Under the pieces are notes generated by a model. The model did no database searches, was not told the origin of the DNA, and saw nothing but the letters and a program-made list of their open reading frames with translations. Of a stretch of 64,000 nt of DNA, positions 48,484 to 61,067 are shown one piece after another. The position numbers and the translations under genes are program-made. Source of the stretch: Oculina patagonica (lineage: Eukaryota); contig NC_135767.1 in assembly GCF_052425735.1 (NCBI RefSeq), positions 14,880,001 through 14,944,000 on the forward strand, given 5' to 3'. Position 1 is the stretch's first letter. Each line of letters starts with the position of its first letter.

Positions 48484-50350
48484 TTCACTGTTAGAAATTA
48501 AAAGCTTTACCGACGTGGGGCAGAACTAAAAGGAGACGTTTTTTAACCATTTTATCGTACGGAGCCGAGATACTAACTGTCGTTTCACTGAGCTTTTGTT
48601 GCTACTAAGTATATTCTTTAACCACTTGGATTAAAAAAATCAAATTATGATCACCGATCTTATTATCTCTGTATATTATTATCTCGCCATACTTTTTTGT
48701 GCCTCGTTTTCAGTTGTTGAAAATATTGAGCGAGTTCCCTTTTCTTCTGTCAATAGCAATTTATCAAATAGAGGTAGAAACTTCCTTTGCCAATATAACT
48801 GGCATTTAAAGAGTTAAGTTCCTTTTCAAAATTGCATGTATTAAAGCTGGGGACACCGAAACATGCTTAACTTGAACGACTAGCACTTAATTAGCGCCAA
48901 ACACTATATCCTCCGCAAACCAACATATTTCCGGGCCTATAGGCCTATTTAATAACTGAGTCAATATCATCAAGCAGTGGGCTAAAAGCATCGATAAAAA
49001 TATCTGTTCTTGTCTTTTCGCACTTGTCAGTGTTTTCGTGCTAAACATCACTTCTCTTTTTGCAACTAATGACAAAGTACTACAATGTTTATACTAATTT
49101 AACATCGACACATTTTTTTTGTCAAGTTCATTTCGGTTAAGATAGGTCATTTATTTTTATTCATCAGGCTCTTTTCCATCATTAAACCATTTACTCGTGA
49201 ATTTATAACGTATGAAGCTTTCAATTTATTACGTCAAAAGATGATCAAAGTTTCCGTTTTTAATTTCTCACAATAAAAAGCCGTAAGCTTTCATGACTGA
49301 CAGATAATTGTTTAAACGAGATGGAGTAACACAGCTGTATTGTATACTGCTTAATATTCAAGCCAAATGCCAAACTGTTTCTCTTTGAAAAAGAAACAGG
49401 TCTATTTAAGAAGGCTCACAACGGTTTCCAACACCTTTTAGCTCTTAAACGTCAGTACTACGAATCTTAAACAGTTGCTGCTACAATAATGATATCAAAC
49501 CAATGTTCAATCATCGCTGAACAAGTTGGGGTCATTTTCATAACGTCACTGGTAACCATAGCATTTTCCCTTTAAGCGCTTATAACTCAAAAACAATCCC
49601 GGTGACCCGCATTTTGTATCATTGAATAACGATCAGCATGTTAAGATACAACTTTTTGCAAAGTTAAAAAAAAATTCTCTGAAGCCGTTTAAGAGCCACG
49701 CAAAATTTTTGAAAATTGTAAAGTTTTGATGAATTGAAGTAAAGGACCAATCTAAACTGAAATAAATTTGATAATGAATGTTTCGATGTTTAATTTAGGT
49801 AAAAGATGTAGTAATTTGTCCTTAGTTGCAAAAAAAGAAAAGTGATGCATGAAAACACTGCAGACTTGTGCGAAAAGACAAGAACAGCTGTTTGTATCGA
49901 GGCTTTTAGCCCACTACTTGATGATATTGAACCAGTCAATATATTGGCCCAAAGGATTCCGGGATTATGTTAGTTTACAGATGATATAGTGTTTGGCGCT
50001 AAGTGCTGGTCAGTGTCAGTTTTAATGTATGCAAGTTTGAAAGGGTAATTCCTCTTTAAATGCATACTATTGGCAAAGGCAGTTTCCACCTCCATTTAGT
50101 AAATCACTATTGAGAGAAGAAAAGAGGATTCACAACATATTTTAAAATTGAAAACAAGGCACTACATAGGATTTATATGGCGAAAAAAGTTTAAATTGAT
50201 TAATCCAAGTTGTTAAAAAACATTAATTAATTGCAACAAAGGCGCAATGGCACGACAGTTTCCCTTGCTCCGTACGATTAAATGGGTATAAAACGTATTC
50301 TTAGACCTTCCCTACTTCATTAAAGCTTCCAATTTCTACCATTGAGCAAA
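48484..50350. repeat. Diverged long inverted pair of an old repeat family
   Basis: 48484-~49150 is the diverged reverse complement of ~49750-50350. Further copies at 24296-24690+33210-33600 (forward) and 41820-42475, 52670-53425, 57070-57475 (reverse). Confidence 0.7.
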
Positions 50351-51411
50351 GTATGAATGTATCCATGAATTGGGAAGAAAACATTCGGCAAAGAGGATCA
50401 GACTACAACAGGCAGCGATGCGGCTTGTCATTATGTTTTGGATGTGCGCGTCTCGCAGATGTAATTTTACTTGTGTATGTTAGATTAGACACAAAGAAAA
50501 ACCGGGGGCCTTAATGCCTTCTTTACCAAAGTGTTAAATGATCGTTAATGGCTAAGTTTCTGTCAGTCTCGAATGTTTCAAACTATTAAATATACATATG
50601 AAAACCTTTTTTCAGATAATGGATCAGCAGATGTCGTTACTTGGGTATTGGAAATTTCGTCCAAGGAAAATAAAATGAGGAATATTTGAAAACCTATATT
50701 ATATATTTATATTATATAAACTGAACACGGAACAAGCTTAGAACGGAAAAACCTCTCAGTAGAGACAGATGGTTCAAACGTTATCCTTTCTTAAGTTTTT
50801 TTTTCCTTAATCTTTTCTTTTTCGCGTTTCTTTTTTAAGAATGTGTCTATAGTCCTCGTTAGCTATAGGTTAAGCCCAACCTTCTATCAAGTTACATAAC
50901 TATTCGGCCGTTATACTCCTTGATACTCTTAGGTTGAGAGATCCGTTTTGCATGAAACCAAAGTGACTCTATTAGCGTCATAAAAAAATATCCAGCTTTG
51001 CATTCGGCGTAATTAAAGTCATTACATAATTAGGTTGGTGAGAGAGCCACTTCCTTTTTTATCTCTTTTCTTTTTTGACACTGTATTTTTGGATTTATGA
51101 GTTTATTTGATGCGTTTTCCCTGTCTAAAACGCGACGTTATACAAAATGGGATAAATTTGGCAGACCAAAAGAAAAAGACCAACTTATCAATTACCGCAT
51201 GCAGGCTAGCGTTGGCGTAATCAGATCCTACTTCCATTTCTTTGTTAGTCATGTAGGTCCTTTTATTAGTGAGCAAGGAAAAAATTAAACTGGAAATGTA
51301 CAGGATATTTATATGTTAATTACCCATTGGGCGGAAACTAAAACTGCAGTTATAAATGCTGTGGTCTTTTGTGCACGGTACAAACTCAAGAAGTACTGAC
51401 GACCAAGAACA

Positions 51412-52323
51412 ATGGCCAACTGTAGTTTGGAACACGGAAGCAACACAAGCGAGCTTGACCAAACAAGAACATCAACATTGGTCACAGGCCCAGTTGTTTT
51501 CCTCTCAGTCTTGAACATCTTTCTATCCATCACCGCATCACTGGGTAATGCTCTTATCCTCGTTGCTCTTCATAAAGAGACTTCTCTTCATCCACCAACA
51601 AAACTTTTGTTTCGATGCCTGGCGGTCACTGATCTTTGCGCTGGCCTGATTTCACAGCCACTATTCGCTGTCGCTGTTATAACAGGTGAAATTAAGATCG
51701 AAGAAGGGTACATTGTTACAGGATTCATTTTGTGTGGAATATCGGTCTTTACATCAACCGCAATTAGCGTGGATAGACTTCTCGCCATCCTCCTGGGTTT
51801 GAGATACAGACATGCTGTAACTTTGAGACGAACCCGTGCAGTTATAGTTTTTTTCTTTGTAATCCTTGTTCCATGTGGATCGATGCAGTTTTGGCGTACT
51901 GCTATTACCTGGGTTACATTCACTGTACTTCTTGTACTGTGTCTTGTAACTTCAACATACTCATACACGAAGATTTACCTAACTCTGCGACAACATCAGT
52001 CTCAAGTGCAAAACCATCTTTCCCAAGGCCGACCGAACGTAAAAGGAACTCCACTGAACGTTGCACGATACAAAAAGACAGTTTCTAGCATAGCATGGGT
52101 ACAGTTAGCAATATTCGTTTGTTATGCTCCGTTCATGATTGTTTCTTTATTCAGATTTAATATCGTATTGAAAGGAAAGTTAGTTCACGTGTTCTATTTA
52201 GCTACGGTAACTCTAGCCTACTTCAACTCATCTCTGAACCCGATTCTTTATTGTTGGAAGATCAAAGAAGTGAGGCAAGCAGTGAAGGACACAATCAGAC
52301 AACTTCGCTGTTCCTTGAGTTAA
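51412..52323 (+). CDS. Intronless class A GPCR, subtype A, short ECL1 (303 aa), intact
   Basis: GN, LAVTD, SVDR, CYAP, NSSLNPILY. Confidence 0.93.
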   Translation: MANCSLEHGSNTSELDQTRTSTLVTGPVVFLSVLNIFLSITASLGNALILVALHKETSLHPPTKLLFRCLAVTDLCAGLISQPLFAVAVITGEIKIEEGYIVTGFILCGISVFTSTAISVDRLLAILLGLRYRHAVTLRRTRAVIVFFFVILVPCGSMQFWRTAITWVTFTVLLVLCLVTSTYSYTKIYLTLRQHQSQVQNHLSQGRPNVKGTPLNVARYKKTVSSIAWVQLAIFVCYAPFMIVSLFRFNIVLKGKLVHVFYLATVTLAYFNSSLNPILYCWKIKEVRQAVKDTIRQLRCSLS

Positions 52324-53541
52324 ATTATCCATACTAAGCGAAAAAACTAAACAGCCAGCTTCCATAACTTTTGTACAATGTTAAGCCCAGAAATTACGAA
52401 AACTTCAATGTTAACTTTGAGATTAAGTACAATGGTCAGGCATACATACATTTATACATTAAAAAAAATATATCGAACGTTATAAAGAAAAAAAAGAATA
52501 TTCTATAATAGACGTGTTTTATTTGGCATTTGAATTGAATATTAGTAGACAATCACTTAGCTGCTCTGCTTCACCTTGTTTAAACAATTATTACACACCG
52601 GGCAAGAAGGCTTCTGAATATTTTGTGAGAATTTTAAAATAGAAACTTTGTGAGCACCTTTTCACGTTATAAATTAAAAGCTTCATACGTTATAAATCCA
52701 TGAGTGATCGTGAAAAGCTTAATTATGGCACAGCGCCTGATAAATCAAAACAAAAGACCACTGTAAACTGAAGTAAATCTGACAGTGAATGTGTCGATGA
52801 TTTAAGTATACATTGTTGTACTTTGCATTTGTTGAAAAAAGAGAAGTGATGTTTAGCATGAAAACACTGACTTGTGCGAAAAGACATTAGCAGCTGTTTC
52901 TGACGATGCTTTTAGCCCACTGCTTGATGATATTGACTCAGTTATAAAATAGGCCTAAAGGATCCCAGGATTATGTCAGTTTACGGATGATACATTGTTT
53001 AGCCCTAAGTGTGCTAAAGTGTTCAGCGCTTAAGTGTTCAGCACGTTTCGGTGTTCCTAGTTAAAATGAATGCAAGTTCAAGTTTTTGGCCAACATATTG
53101 GCAAAGACAATTTCCACTTGCATTTGATAATTTATTATTGACTAAAAAAGGGTAACTCGCCAAAAAAAAATTGAAAAATTGAAAAACACGGCATAAAATA
53201 GGATTTATACGACAAAAAAAGTCTGTTTTACAGTGAGACAATTAGACCAGTAATCCAAATTGAAATTTATTAATCCAAGCGGTTATAGAATGTTAATTAG
53301 TAGCAAGAAAGGCATAGTGATACGACACTTAGTATCCCGGCTTTGTACGATAATATTGATAAAAAAAAATGTATTCTTAGTCCTGCTCCACTTCGGTGCA
53401 ACTTCCACTTTCTATCATTGAACAAAGTGGCACACATAGGGAAGAAAACAATGGAAAAAGAGGGTCATAATGCAACAGTCATTGGTGCAAACTGTCATTA
53501 TATCAGTATATGTTTTGGGTGTACTCGTCTAGAAGCTAAAG

Positions 53542-53773
53542 CACCGGGAGCAGAGGGGCCGAATTCGACCTTTTCAAATATTAAAATGTTCGATCTATTG
53601 AGCGAGACGCGAAGACGGTCATTAAGCCTGCGGCTACGCCAAGCGTAACAGGATTCCCGCTCGTTTAACCGTCGCGTAAACAAAAATATCAAGAAACGTT
53701 TGACAAGGGCCACGAAATAGATCAAACAAGTTAATATTTACAAAGATCAAATTTGGCTTCTCTGCTCCCTGTG
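53542..53773. mobile_element. Short inverted-repeat MITE
   Basis: caccgggagcagag...aaatattaaaatgttcgatctatt / aatagatcaaacaagttaatattt...ctctgctccctgtg. Confidence 0.7.
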
Positions 53774-55396
53774 GTATTACAAACTACGTTATTACAGCAA
53801 CCAATGAAATTTACCTCCCAAAAATGGGTCTTAATTTATATGCTTTCGTTACCAAACGTTTGTAAAAAAAATTATGACTATGTTTTGCAATAAACGTATT
53901 ATGTATGCCTGACGCATCTCTAATTTTAGTTTGAAGTATCACATAACAGTCAGTCTCGAATGTTTTCCAACCCTCTGATATATGTACTGGGAAACCTTTC
54001 TTCAGATAATGGATCAGCAGATGTCGTTATTTAAGTTATTTTCGTCCGATGAACATACAAGGCGGAGTTTTTGAAACGTTCATTTTTATAGTTTATATTT
54101 ATTGTTTATAGTATAGACCGGAACACGGAACGCGCGAAAAACGGAACACATTTAGAGAAGACTCTACTCTTAGGCGGAAAGAGCAGTTTGGCATGAAACC
54201 AAAGTGACTTTATCAACAACATAAACAGAAAGTAAACAACTTTGCATTCGGCATTATTTAAGTCAATACATATTTAGATTGGCGAGAGGCACTACCTTTT
54301 TTATATTTTCTCTTTCTTTTCTTTTTTGACAGTGTTTTTGGATTGATGTGTTTTTGTTGATGCTTTTTCTGCGGCTGGATTAAACGTAGCCGCTATTTCA
54401 ATATACAATAATTTGACAGAGCAAAGAAAGATAATCAATTATCACAGGCAACCGTTGGCGTAATTAGGTCCTACTTTCATTCATTACACACGCGAAAACC
54501 GGAAACCCTCTGAGAAGACACAGATGGTTTAAACGTTATCCTTTCTTTAGCTCTTTTTTTTTCTTTTTTTTTCTTTTTTTTTTCGTGGTTCATTTCTTAG
54601 AATGTGTCTATAGTCCATGGCAGGGTATCCTCGACAATTTAGCAAGTTCAATAACAGTTCGGCCGTTTTACTTGTTTATACTCTTAGAGGTGGAGAGAGA
54701 GCTGTTTGCATGAAGCCAAAGTGATTATATCAACGTCATAAAACAAAAAGTAAACAACTTTGCATTCGACATAATTAAAGTCATTACATAATAAGGTTGG
54801 CGAGAAAGCCACTTTTTTTTTCTACTTTTTGTTTCCTTTTTTTTCTTTTTTTGACAGTGTTTTAGTTGATGCATTTTCCGCTGTCTTAAACGAAAAGTTT
54901 CATCTGGCTGCTAATTCAATATGCGACGATTTGACAAACCAATGATACGTTTCCATAAACTTATCGATTAACGCAAGCTGGTGTTGTCGCAATTAGGTCC
55001 TACTTTAATTTTTTTTGTAAGTTACGTCAGTCATTCCATTTGTGAGCAAATAAGAATTTTTAATTAATATTTTTATCTTCCAGATTTTGACACAGATCTT
55101 TGCAGCAATACCACGAAATCGCTTCAAGATGGCAAATCCCTTTGCTGGACGAATACACATCTGACGGTCAAACGCTACAACGTCCTTTAAATGCATGGTT
55201 TTACGTCCTGCGTGTAGATATTTTCAAATACAAGCAGCAGTCGAAGACAACTAATCGTATGAAATGTACCGGATATTTATTTGTCAATCATTCACTGGGC
55301 GGAAATTAAAACTGCAGTTATAAATACCGTTCTCTTTTCATCTAGAAATTATTTTGTCAGGAGAGCAAAGTGAAGAAGCTCCTGCGACCAAGAACA

Positions 55397-56332
55397 ATGG
55401 CCAACATTAGTTTGGGAGAAGTAAACTACACAAGCCAGATGAACCAAACAAGCACAGAGCCATGGCTAATAGGTGTACTTGTATATATTGGCGTATACCT
55501 TTTTCTTTCGGTCTTGAACATTTTGTTGTCCATAACCGCAATACTGGGCAATGTTGTTATCCTTCTTGCCCTTCAAAAAGAGACTTCTCTTCATCCACCA
55601 ACAAAACTTTTATTTCGATGCCTGGCTGTGACTGACCTTTGCGCAGGCCTGATTTCACAGCCACTATTCGCTGTAGCCGTTGTGGAGCAAATAATTGATA
55701 TAAGTTACAAAGACGAAGGATACATTGTTACAGCCTTCACCTTATGTGGAATGTCGATCTTAACATCAACCGCAATAAGTGTGGACAGACTTCTCGCCCT
55801 CTTGCTGGGTTTGAGATACAGACACGTTGTAACTTTGAGACGAACCCGTGCAGTTATAGTTTCTTTCTTTGTAATCAGTGTTCCATGTGGATCGATGCAT
55901 TTTTGGAGTACTAGTATTACCTGGGTTTCAAACATTTTTATTCTTGTACTTTGTCTTGCAACTGCAACCTTTTCTTACACGAAAATTTACTTAACATTAC
56001 GACAACATCAATCTCAAGTACAAAACCATCTTCACCCGGGCCGACCGAACATAGTAGGACCTCCACCGAACATTGCACGATACAAAAGGACAGTATCTAG
56101 CATAGCATGGGTACAGTTAGCACTAGTCGCTTGCTATACCCCGTACGTTATTGTATCTTTTCTCAGGTTTGATATGTTCCAAGGTAAATTAATTTCCGTG
56201 TTGTATTTTGCTACGGTGACTCTAATCTACTTCAACTCATCTCTTAATCCCATTCTTTATTGTTGGAAGATCAAGGAAGTGAAACAAGCAGTGAAGGACA
56301 CAATCAGACAACTTTGCTGTTGCTGCAGTTAA
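55397..56332 (+). CDS. Intronless class A GPCR, subtype A (311 aa), intact
   Basis: GN, LAVTD, SVDR, CYTP, NSSLNPILY, CCCS tail; short in-frame duplication IGVLVY/IGVYLF before TM1. Confidence 0.93.
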   Translation: MANISLGEVNYTSQMNQTSTEPWLIGVLVYIGVYLFLSVLNILLSITAILGNVVILLALQKETSLHPPTKLLFRCLAVTDLCAGLISQPLFAVAVVEQIIDISYKDEGYIVTAFTLCGMSILTSTAISVDRLLALLLGLRYRHVVTLRRTRAVIVSFFVISVPCGSMHFWSTSITWVSNIFILVLCLATATFSYTKIYLTLRQHQSQVQNHLHPGRPNIVGPPPNIARYKRTVSSIAWVQLALVACYTPYVIVSFLRFDMFQGKLISVLYFATVTLIYFNSSLNPILYCWKIKEVKQAVKDTIRQLCCCCS

Positions 56333-59117
56333 ATTATCTATACTAAGCAGAGACATTAAACAGCCAGCTGCCATTAGTTATGTACAATATTCAGCCAAAA
56401 TGATGAAAACTAATAAAAGAACTTTCAGGTCTAATGTATACATTTTTTCCTCCGGTCACTGACTTTAGTAATGATAAGCAGAACCCGAATTATTACATAC
56501 AGTTTTGCTTGTAAACCGCTTTCAGTCAAGCTCGATTGTATAACATTCTCGGTCTCTCAAAAGTTCTCATTCATGACTAAACCTAGGATTGACTAAAAGA
56601 GCCTTGCCAAAAAAGAAACTCCCCTACTCTCCCAGAGGAGAGTTAGGATTAAGAAGAAATAACTATTCAAATGGTAATCAATGACACCAATAACATGTGG
56701 TGAAATGGTTAAAAAACGTATTCTTTGGGTTGTCCTTCTACCGGCGACACAACTTTCAGTCCGCAGCTTCGGATAAAGTGAATAAATAGACGAAAAAGAC
56801 GAAGAACGAGATGTGATCAGAATACAATAATCATCGATGCGTTTTGTCATTATGTTTTGGAAGAAGATTTAGCCAAGCTAAATCAAACTACCTTATTGAA
56901 ACCTCATGGAATTTTCCCTCGATGGGATATTTTAACGCCTTCCTTACCAAACTTGTGAAAAAATTGTTATAACTAAGTTTTGCATACTTTTTATGGCACC
57001 TTTGAAAATTTAGCTATATCTCAATCGTTCTACCCCCTAAAGCCTTTTCTTCTCTCGCTATTTCTTTAGGATACAGTGTTTGGCGCTCAGTGCCGGCATA
57101 TTAACTACGGTGCCGTCGGTGTTAAACAAGTATCGGTGTTTTTTCCAGCTTTAATGCATGCAAGTTTAAACAGGAACTCATTCGTAAATGCCAACTAATG
57201 GCAAAAGCAGTTTCTTCCTCCATTTGATATTTACCATTGGCATAATAAAAGGGAACTCGCTCAATATATTAAACACTTGAAAACGTAGCACAAAATAGCA
57301 TGGCAAATTAAAAAGGTCTGCTTTACACCGAGATAATTATATCAGTGATCTTAATTCGAATTTATTAGTCCACGTGGTTAGAGAAAATTAGTTAAAAAGC
57401 TAAAATGGTTAAAAAAATAAACAATTTATAGTCCTCTCCTACTTTGGTACATCTTTCAGTTTCTATCATTAAAAGAGGTGGCATAAATTGGGAGGAAAAC
57501 TTTGAAAAAAAAAAGGCAGAATAGAATAGTCATCGATGCGGCTTGTCCTTATATTTTAGATGTGCACGTCTCGCAGATGTAATTTTACATGTATAGGTTA
57601 GATTATTTACAAAGAAGAACTGGAGCCCTTAATGCCTTCTTTGCCAACTCTTGAAAGATTGTTTATGACTAAGTTTTGCAATACTGACACATCTGCCATT
57701 TTTAAAATTTAGCAATATCTCATAACAGTCAGTCACCAACTCTCTGATATACATAAGAAAACCTTTCTCTAGATAATAAATCAGCAAATGTCGTAACTTA
57801 TTTAATAGGTTCCGGCAATTTCGTCTAGTGGATATACAAGCGGAATTTTTTAAAAACCGATATTATATAATTATATTATAAAACGGAACATGAAACACGC
57901 AAACGCCGGAAAACCCAGTTCCGAGAAGAGACAGATGGTTGAAACGTTATCCTCCCATAAGCTTTTTTTTTTTTCCTTTCTCTTTTTTTTTTCGCAGTTT
58001 CTTTAACTAGTGTCTATAGTCCATGGACTTTTACACCCAACAGTTTTAGCAAGTTCAATAACAATTCGCCGTTATACACGTTTGTACTTTTAGATGGAGA
58101 GAGCCGTTTTGCACGAAGCCAGAATGACTCTATCAACAATATAAAACGAAAAGTGACCAGCTTAATACCATTCGGCATAATAAAAGTCATTACATAATAA
58201 GGTTGATCAGAAAGCCAGTCCTTTTTATTTTTTCTTTCTCTTTCTTTTTTAATAGTATTATTACCTGGCTTCACACTAGAAGCTAAGTTCGTTTCAAGAA
58301 AGCACTTAAGGTGCGCTTGAAAATCTCAAGTCGCACTTTACAAAATTTTGCATCACACTTGATAACAAATAAATTACATGAGGTACAAGCTGTCAATCAT
58401 CTTCAGAATCGTGACAATGCTGCACGTCGCTTTCATTTGGCTTCCATTTCCTATTGGTCAAGTGCGTTCTCAAGTGTGGTGTAAACCATACTTGGCGGCG
58501 CACTTGGAAGCTTTGAAAGCTACGAAAGTTTTCATGGTCACCAAGTAAAGTTCAACCCCATTTAATTCCCCATACTCAAAGTAGGTCCCTAGTGCCCTTA
58601 GCTTATACTTTCGAGCTTTATTGTGAGCCAATTTTATTTTTTTTGTTTCGTTCATGCGTTTTCCGTTGTTGCCATGATTTAACAGACTAAAGATAGATGG
58701 TCATCAACTTGTCAATTAACTGAGGCTAGCTTTGGCGTAATTAGGTCATACTTTCTTTCCTTTGTGAGTAACGTCAGTCTTTTCATTAGTAAGCCAAAAA
58801 AAAATAATATGAAAGAGTAAAAACAGATCTATGGAGCAATACCACAGCATCGCTGCAAGGCGGTAAATCCTTTGACAAATACACATTGACGGTCTAACGC
58901 TACAACATCCTATAAATGCATAGTTTAACGTCGGGCGTGTAGATAGGTCAAATACAAGCAGCAGTCAAAGTAACTAAAATAAAATGAACCGGATATTTAG
59001 ATGTCAATCATCCATTAGGCGGAAACTAAAACTACAGCAATAAATACTGTACTTCTCGAATCTAGCATTTACTTTATACACGAAGCAAAGTGAAAAAAGT
59101 ACTGACGACCAAGAGCA

Positions 59118-60053
59118 ATGGCCAACTTAAGTTTGGGAGACGGAAACTACACAAGCCAGATGAACCAAACAAGCACAGAATCATGGCCAACAGGCATACT
59201 TGTATTTCTTTCAGCCTTGAACATTTTTCTTTCCATTACCGCAATACTGGGCAATGGTCTAATCTTTGTTGCTCTTCGTATTCACAAAGGGTCTTCTCTT
59301 CATAGACCAACAAAACTTCTGTTCCGAAGTCTGGCATTCAATGACCTTTGCGCTGGCCTCTTTTCGCAGCCACTCTTTGCTGTCGCTGTTATGGCGCGTA
59401 TAGTTAAGATAAACTACCTCGACGAAGTCGACGATGGATGCATTGTTACAGCCTTCATTTTGTGTGGAATATCAGTCTTAACGTTAACCGCATTAAGCGT
59501 GGATAGACTTCTCTCCCTCTTGCTGGGAATGAGATACAGACACGTTGTAACTCTTGGACGAACTCGTGCAGTTATAGTTTGTTTCTTTATAATCAGTGTT
59601 TTATGTGGATTGATGCATCTTTGGAGTAGCAGTATTACCTGGGCTGCAGTCACTGTAATTCTTGCATTTTGTCTTGTAACTGCAACCTTCTCTTACACGA
59701 AGATTTTCTTTACATTACGACAACATCAATCTCAAGTACAAAACCATGTTTACCATGGCCGACAGAACGTAGAAAGAACTCCAGCGAACATTGCACGATA
59801 CAAAAAGACAGTTTTCAGTATAGCATGGATACAGTTAGCACTAGTCGCTTGCTATGCTCCGTACATTATTGTGTCTTCACTCAGATTAAATTTTATGTTA
59901 CATGGAAAATTTATTTTCGTTATCTATTTAGCTACGGTAACTCTAGTCTACTTTAATTCATCTCTGAACCCGATTCTGTATTATTGGAAGATCAAAGAAG
60001 TGAGACAAGCAGTGAAGGACACGATCAAACGAGTTTGCAGATCCCGTAGTTAA
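59118..60053 (+). CDS. Intronless class A GPCR, subtype A (311 aa), intact but with motif drift
   Basis: GN, LAFND, SVDR, CYAP, NSSLNPILYY. Confidence 0.9.
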   Translation: MANLSLGDGNYTSQMNQTSTESWPTGILVFLSALNIFLSITAILGNGLIFVALRIHKGSSLHRPTKLLFRSLAFNDLCAGLFSQPLFAVAVMARIVKINYLDEVDDGCIVTAFILCGISVLTLTALSVDRLLSLLLGMRYRHVVTLGRTRAVIVCFFIISVLCGLMHLWSSSITWAAVTVILAFCLVTATFSYTKIFFTLRQHQSQVQNHVYHGRQNVERTPANIARYKKTVFSIAWIQLALVACYAPYIIVSSLRLNFMLHGKFIFVIYLATVTLVYFNSSLNPILYYWKIKEVRQAVKDTIKRVCRSRS

Positions 60054-61067
60054 ACTATTCATACCAAGCGGAATAACTAAACAGCCAGTTCCATAAGTTT
60101 TGTACAGTGCTCTGAGCCATGAAACTATAAAAACTTCAATAAAAAAAACCTCCAAGTCCAATTGATACATGTATATATATATTCTTTCCTACGGTCACTT
60201 TAGTTGTTGTTGGCAACTCCTTCGAATATGGAGTAAGATGTTCACCTGGCAGCAATTTAAATTAGTTTACATGAGTTCATAGGTGACCATTCAGACCGAT
60301 TCTCAGTGGAGGTTGGAACTGCGTTGGAACGTGTTGTGACTTTAGTAATAAATTATGATAAGCCGAACCCGAAATTTTGTCAGATACAGTTGAGCTTGTA
60401 AACCGCTTTCAGTCAAGAACGAACGTATAACATTCTCAGTATTCAGACAGTTCCCTTTCATGAATAAATCTATGATTGCCTGAAAGAGTCTTCCGAAGAA
60501 AATTTTTATGACAATAAATTTGAAAACTAAACATTCACGCAGCCAGGACAGCTTGTTGTCCTTTTCTCGGCCTGTAAATGACAATTTAAACTACTTTAGC
60601 GGAAAAGTCATCTGAGGAAAGTAACAGTTAATAAGTTATGTGACTGAATAAATCAGTGGCGGTTGGAAGTTTCATTGTTTGGTAAGTTTTTACCCCATTC
60701 TTTGGATGGAAAACAAGTCTTCATCAGACCGGGATGAAATGTGACGAAAAACGCCATGTAAACAGTCTTTCCGGAATGTAATGTAAGGTAAGCACGGGCG
60801 AGATGAATGCAACTCGGGCGGGCCGACTTACGTCCGGGCACTCCGGGATGAACACCCTAACGTAAAAATGATTTTTTTTTCATCCCGGGACAAAATTCAT
60901 CCCGGGACGAAACTATTAGTTTATTTACATTTTGAAGTCGTTACTGTAATATTTCAGTTAAATCTATGACCAGTTGGTCAGTGCCGAAATTTCCTAAAAC
61001 TGTGTGACATAGCCCCTTTAATATTTCGTGTCTCCTAAACTAGGTTACGTAATTATTATATATACTT

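Noticed and set aside
58263-58630. Insert in the 59118 upstream cassette (ggcttcacact...gtgtaaacc) and cccggga repeats at 60720-60930
   Set aside because: Probably decayed Harbinger-type MITE pieces, but ends and TSDs could not be defined
4798-59653. Recurrent antisense and alternate-frame ORFs (...TARVRLKVTTCLYLKP...) over the GPCRs
   Set aside because: Shadows of the conserved GPCR coding strand; starts and lengths are inconsistent between copies
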